Below, in pieces: positions 63,275 through 64,000 of a stretch of DNA of 64,000 nt. The notes under the pieces are model-generated. The model did not search any database and was not told the origin of the DNA. It saw only the letters and a list, made by a program, of their open reading frames with translations. Origin of the DNA: an uncultured Gammaproteobacteria bacterium (GTDB lineage Bacteria; Pseudomonadota; Gammaproteobacteria; UBA9214); assembly GCA_963827755.1 (NCBI GenBank), contig CAWHCQ010000028.1, forward strand, positions 1 through 64,000, in the 5' to 3' direction. Both the position numbers and the translations under genes were made by a program. How positions within the stretch are numbered: position 1 is the stretch's first letter; every line of letters begins with the position of its first letter.

Positions 63275-64000
63275 TCAGGATGACACACCTTTCATCATGG
63301 CCAACAGCATCTCGAAATTCTGCTCGAAAGGTATTGCTGACGGTCTACGGCTCATATCTTCTGCAAGTCGTGACTGTGACTCAACCTCCGTTTCAGCCTG
63401 TAGTATCTCAACAATCAGCATTTTAGTTGTTGAAGATACCGAGCTGGAAATATCACGCCCCAGTAATTCTGCGCCAGCTAGTACGTAGTCAAAATCGTCG
63501 GTTAAAAGGTCTGGGTGGTCGCTGTATATCCGCTCACGGTTGCCCGCATCCAGATAGGCTCGTAATACAATGGCAAGATCTATGGCGTCTTTGTTGCCGG
63601 CAGCGTTCCTGTCAGACCAGGCGATGAGCTTCATAATCGCCAATCCAAGTGGGCTCGCAAAATTGATATCAAGCGGTGGTTCTTCACGAAGTCGAACTGG
63701 TTGTGCAAGTTTGAAGGCATCTTCAAAACCTGCAATATTCATGACTTCATCCTGGTTAGGAGGCCAACGGATATTGCCATCTGAACTTGATATGGCACCG
63801 AATGGAACGATATCAACCGGTATGGAATTATTGTATATGAGGCGCTGTCTTGCGCGATGCTCAGAAAATAAACCGGTATTTGTAAGGGCTTCTTTCAACT
63901 GGTTGAACTCATTCCAGCTCGATACATTAATGCCAAGATCAATGTCGGCTGTAGCGCGGCTGATTTCAATTCCGTAGCCCATACCAAGGATCATATCCCT
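63275..64000 (-). CDS. AbiEii-like (COG4849-type) nucleotidyltransferase; 5' end outside the window
   Basis: RATADID, VDIVPFG, MKLIAWSDR and KDAIDL motifs. Confidence 0.75.
   Translation of the reverse strand, partial: RDMILGMGYGIEISRATADIDLGINVSSWNEFNQLKEALTNTGLFSEHRARQRLIYNNSIPVDIVPFGAISSSDGNIRWPPNQDEVMNIAGFEDAFKLAQPVRLREEPPLDINFASPLGLAIMKLIAWSDRNAAGNKDAIDLAIVLRAYLDAGNRERIYSDHPDLLTDDFDYVLAGAELLGRDISSSVSSTTKMLIVEILQAETEVESQSRLAEDMSRRPSAIPFEQNFEMLLAMMKGVSS

Overview
Chromosomal window from a gammaproteobacterium that is probably a sulfur-oxidising chemolithoautotroph (inferred from gene content). It carries a sulfur-globule-like protein, an NAD-reducing [NiFe]-hydrogenase operon (hoxFUYHW), phosphoribulokinase, sat-aprBA, DsrE/TSUP/SulP proteins and feoAB. 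Housekeeping genes include thiSG, trmB, gshA, purCEK, dxs, slt, cca, uppP, folKB, plsY, tsaD and rpsU-yqeY-dnaG-rpoD. The most striking locus is just downstream of rpoD. The tRNA-Ile2(CAU) gene (61482-61792) is split right after its anticodon by a 234-nt ORF-less group I intron. A free-standing, divergent HNH endonuclease gene sits directly upstream, bounded by a 25-nt duplicate of the tRNA 5' end that also supplies the HNH stop codon. This looks like a composite intron + external endonuclease homing element in a chromosomal tRNA gene. An rve-type transposase and an AbiEii-like nucleotidyltransferase follow the tRNA. Six genes carry single +1 insertions, most likely sequencing or assembly errors. 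Several families of short intergenic repeats are present (REP-like, heptamer arrays, MITE-like). All protein calls come from recognising motifs by eye; no database searches were run.
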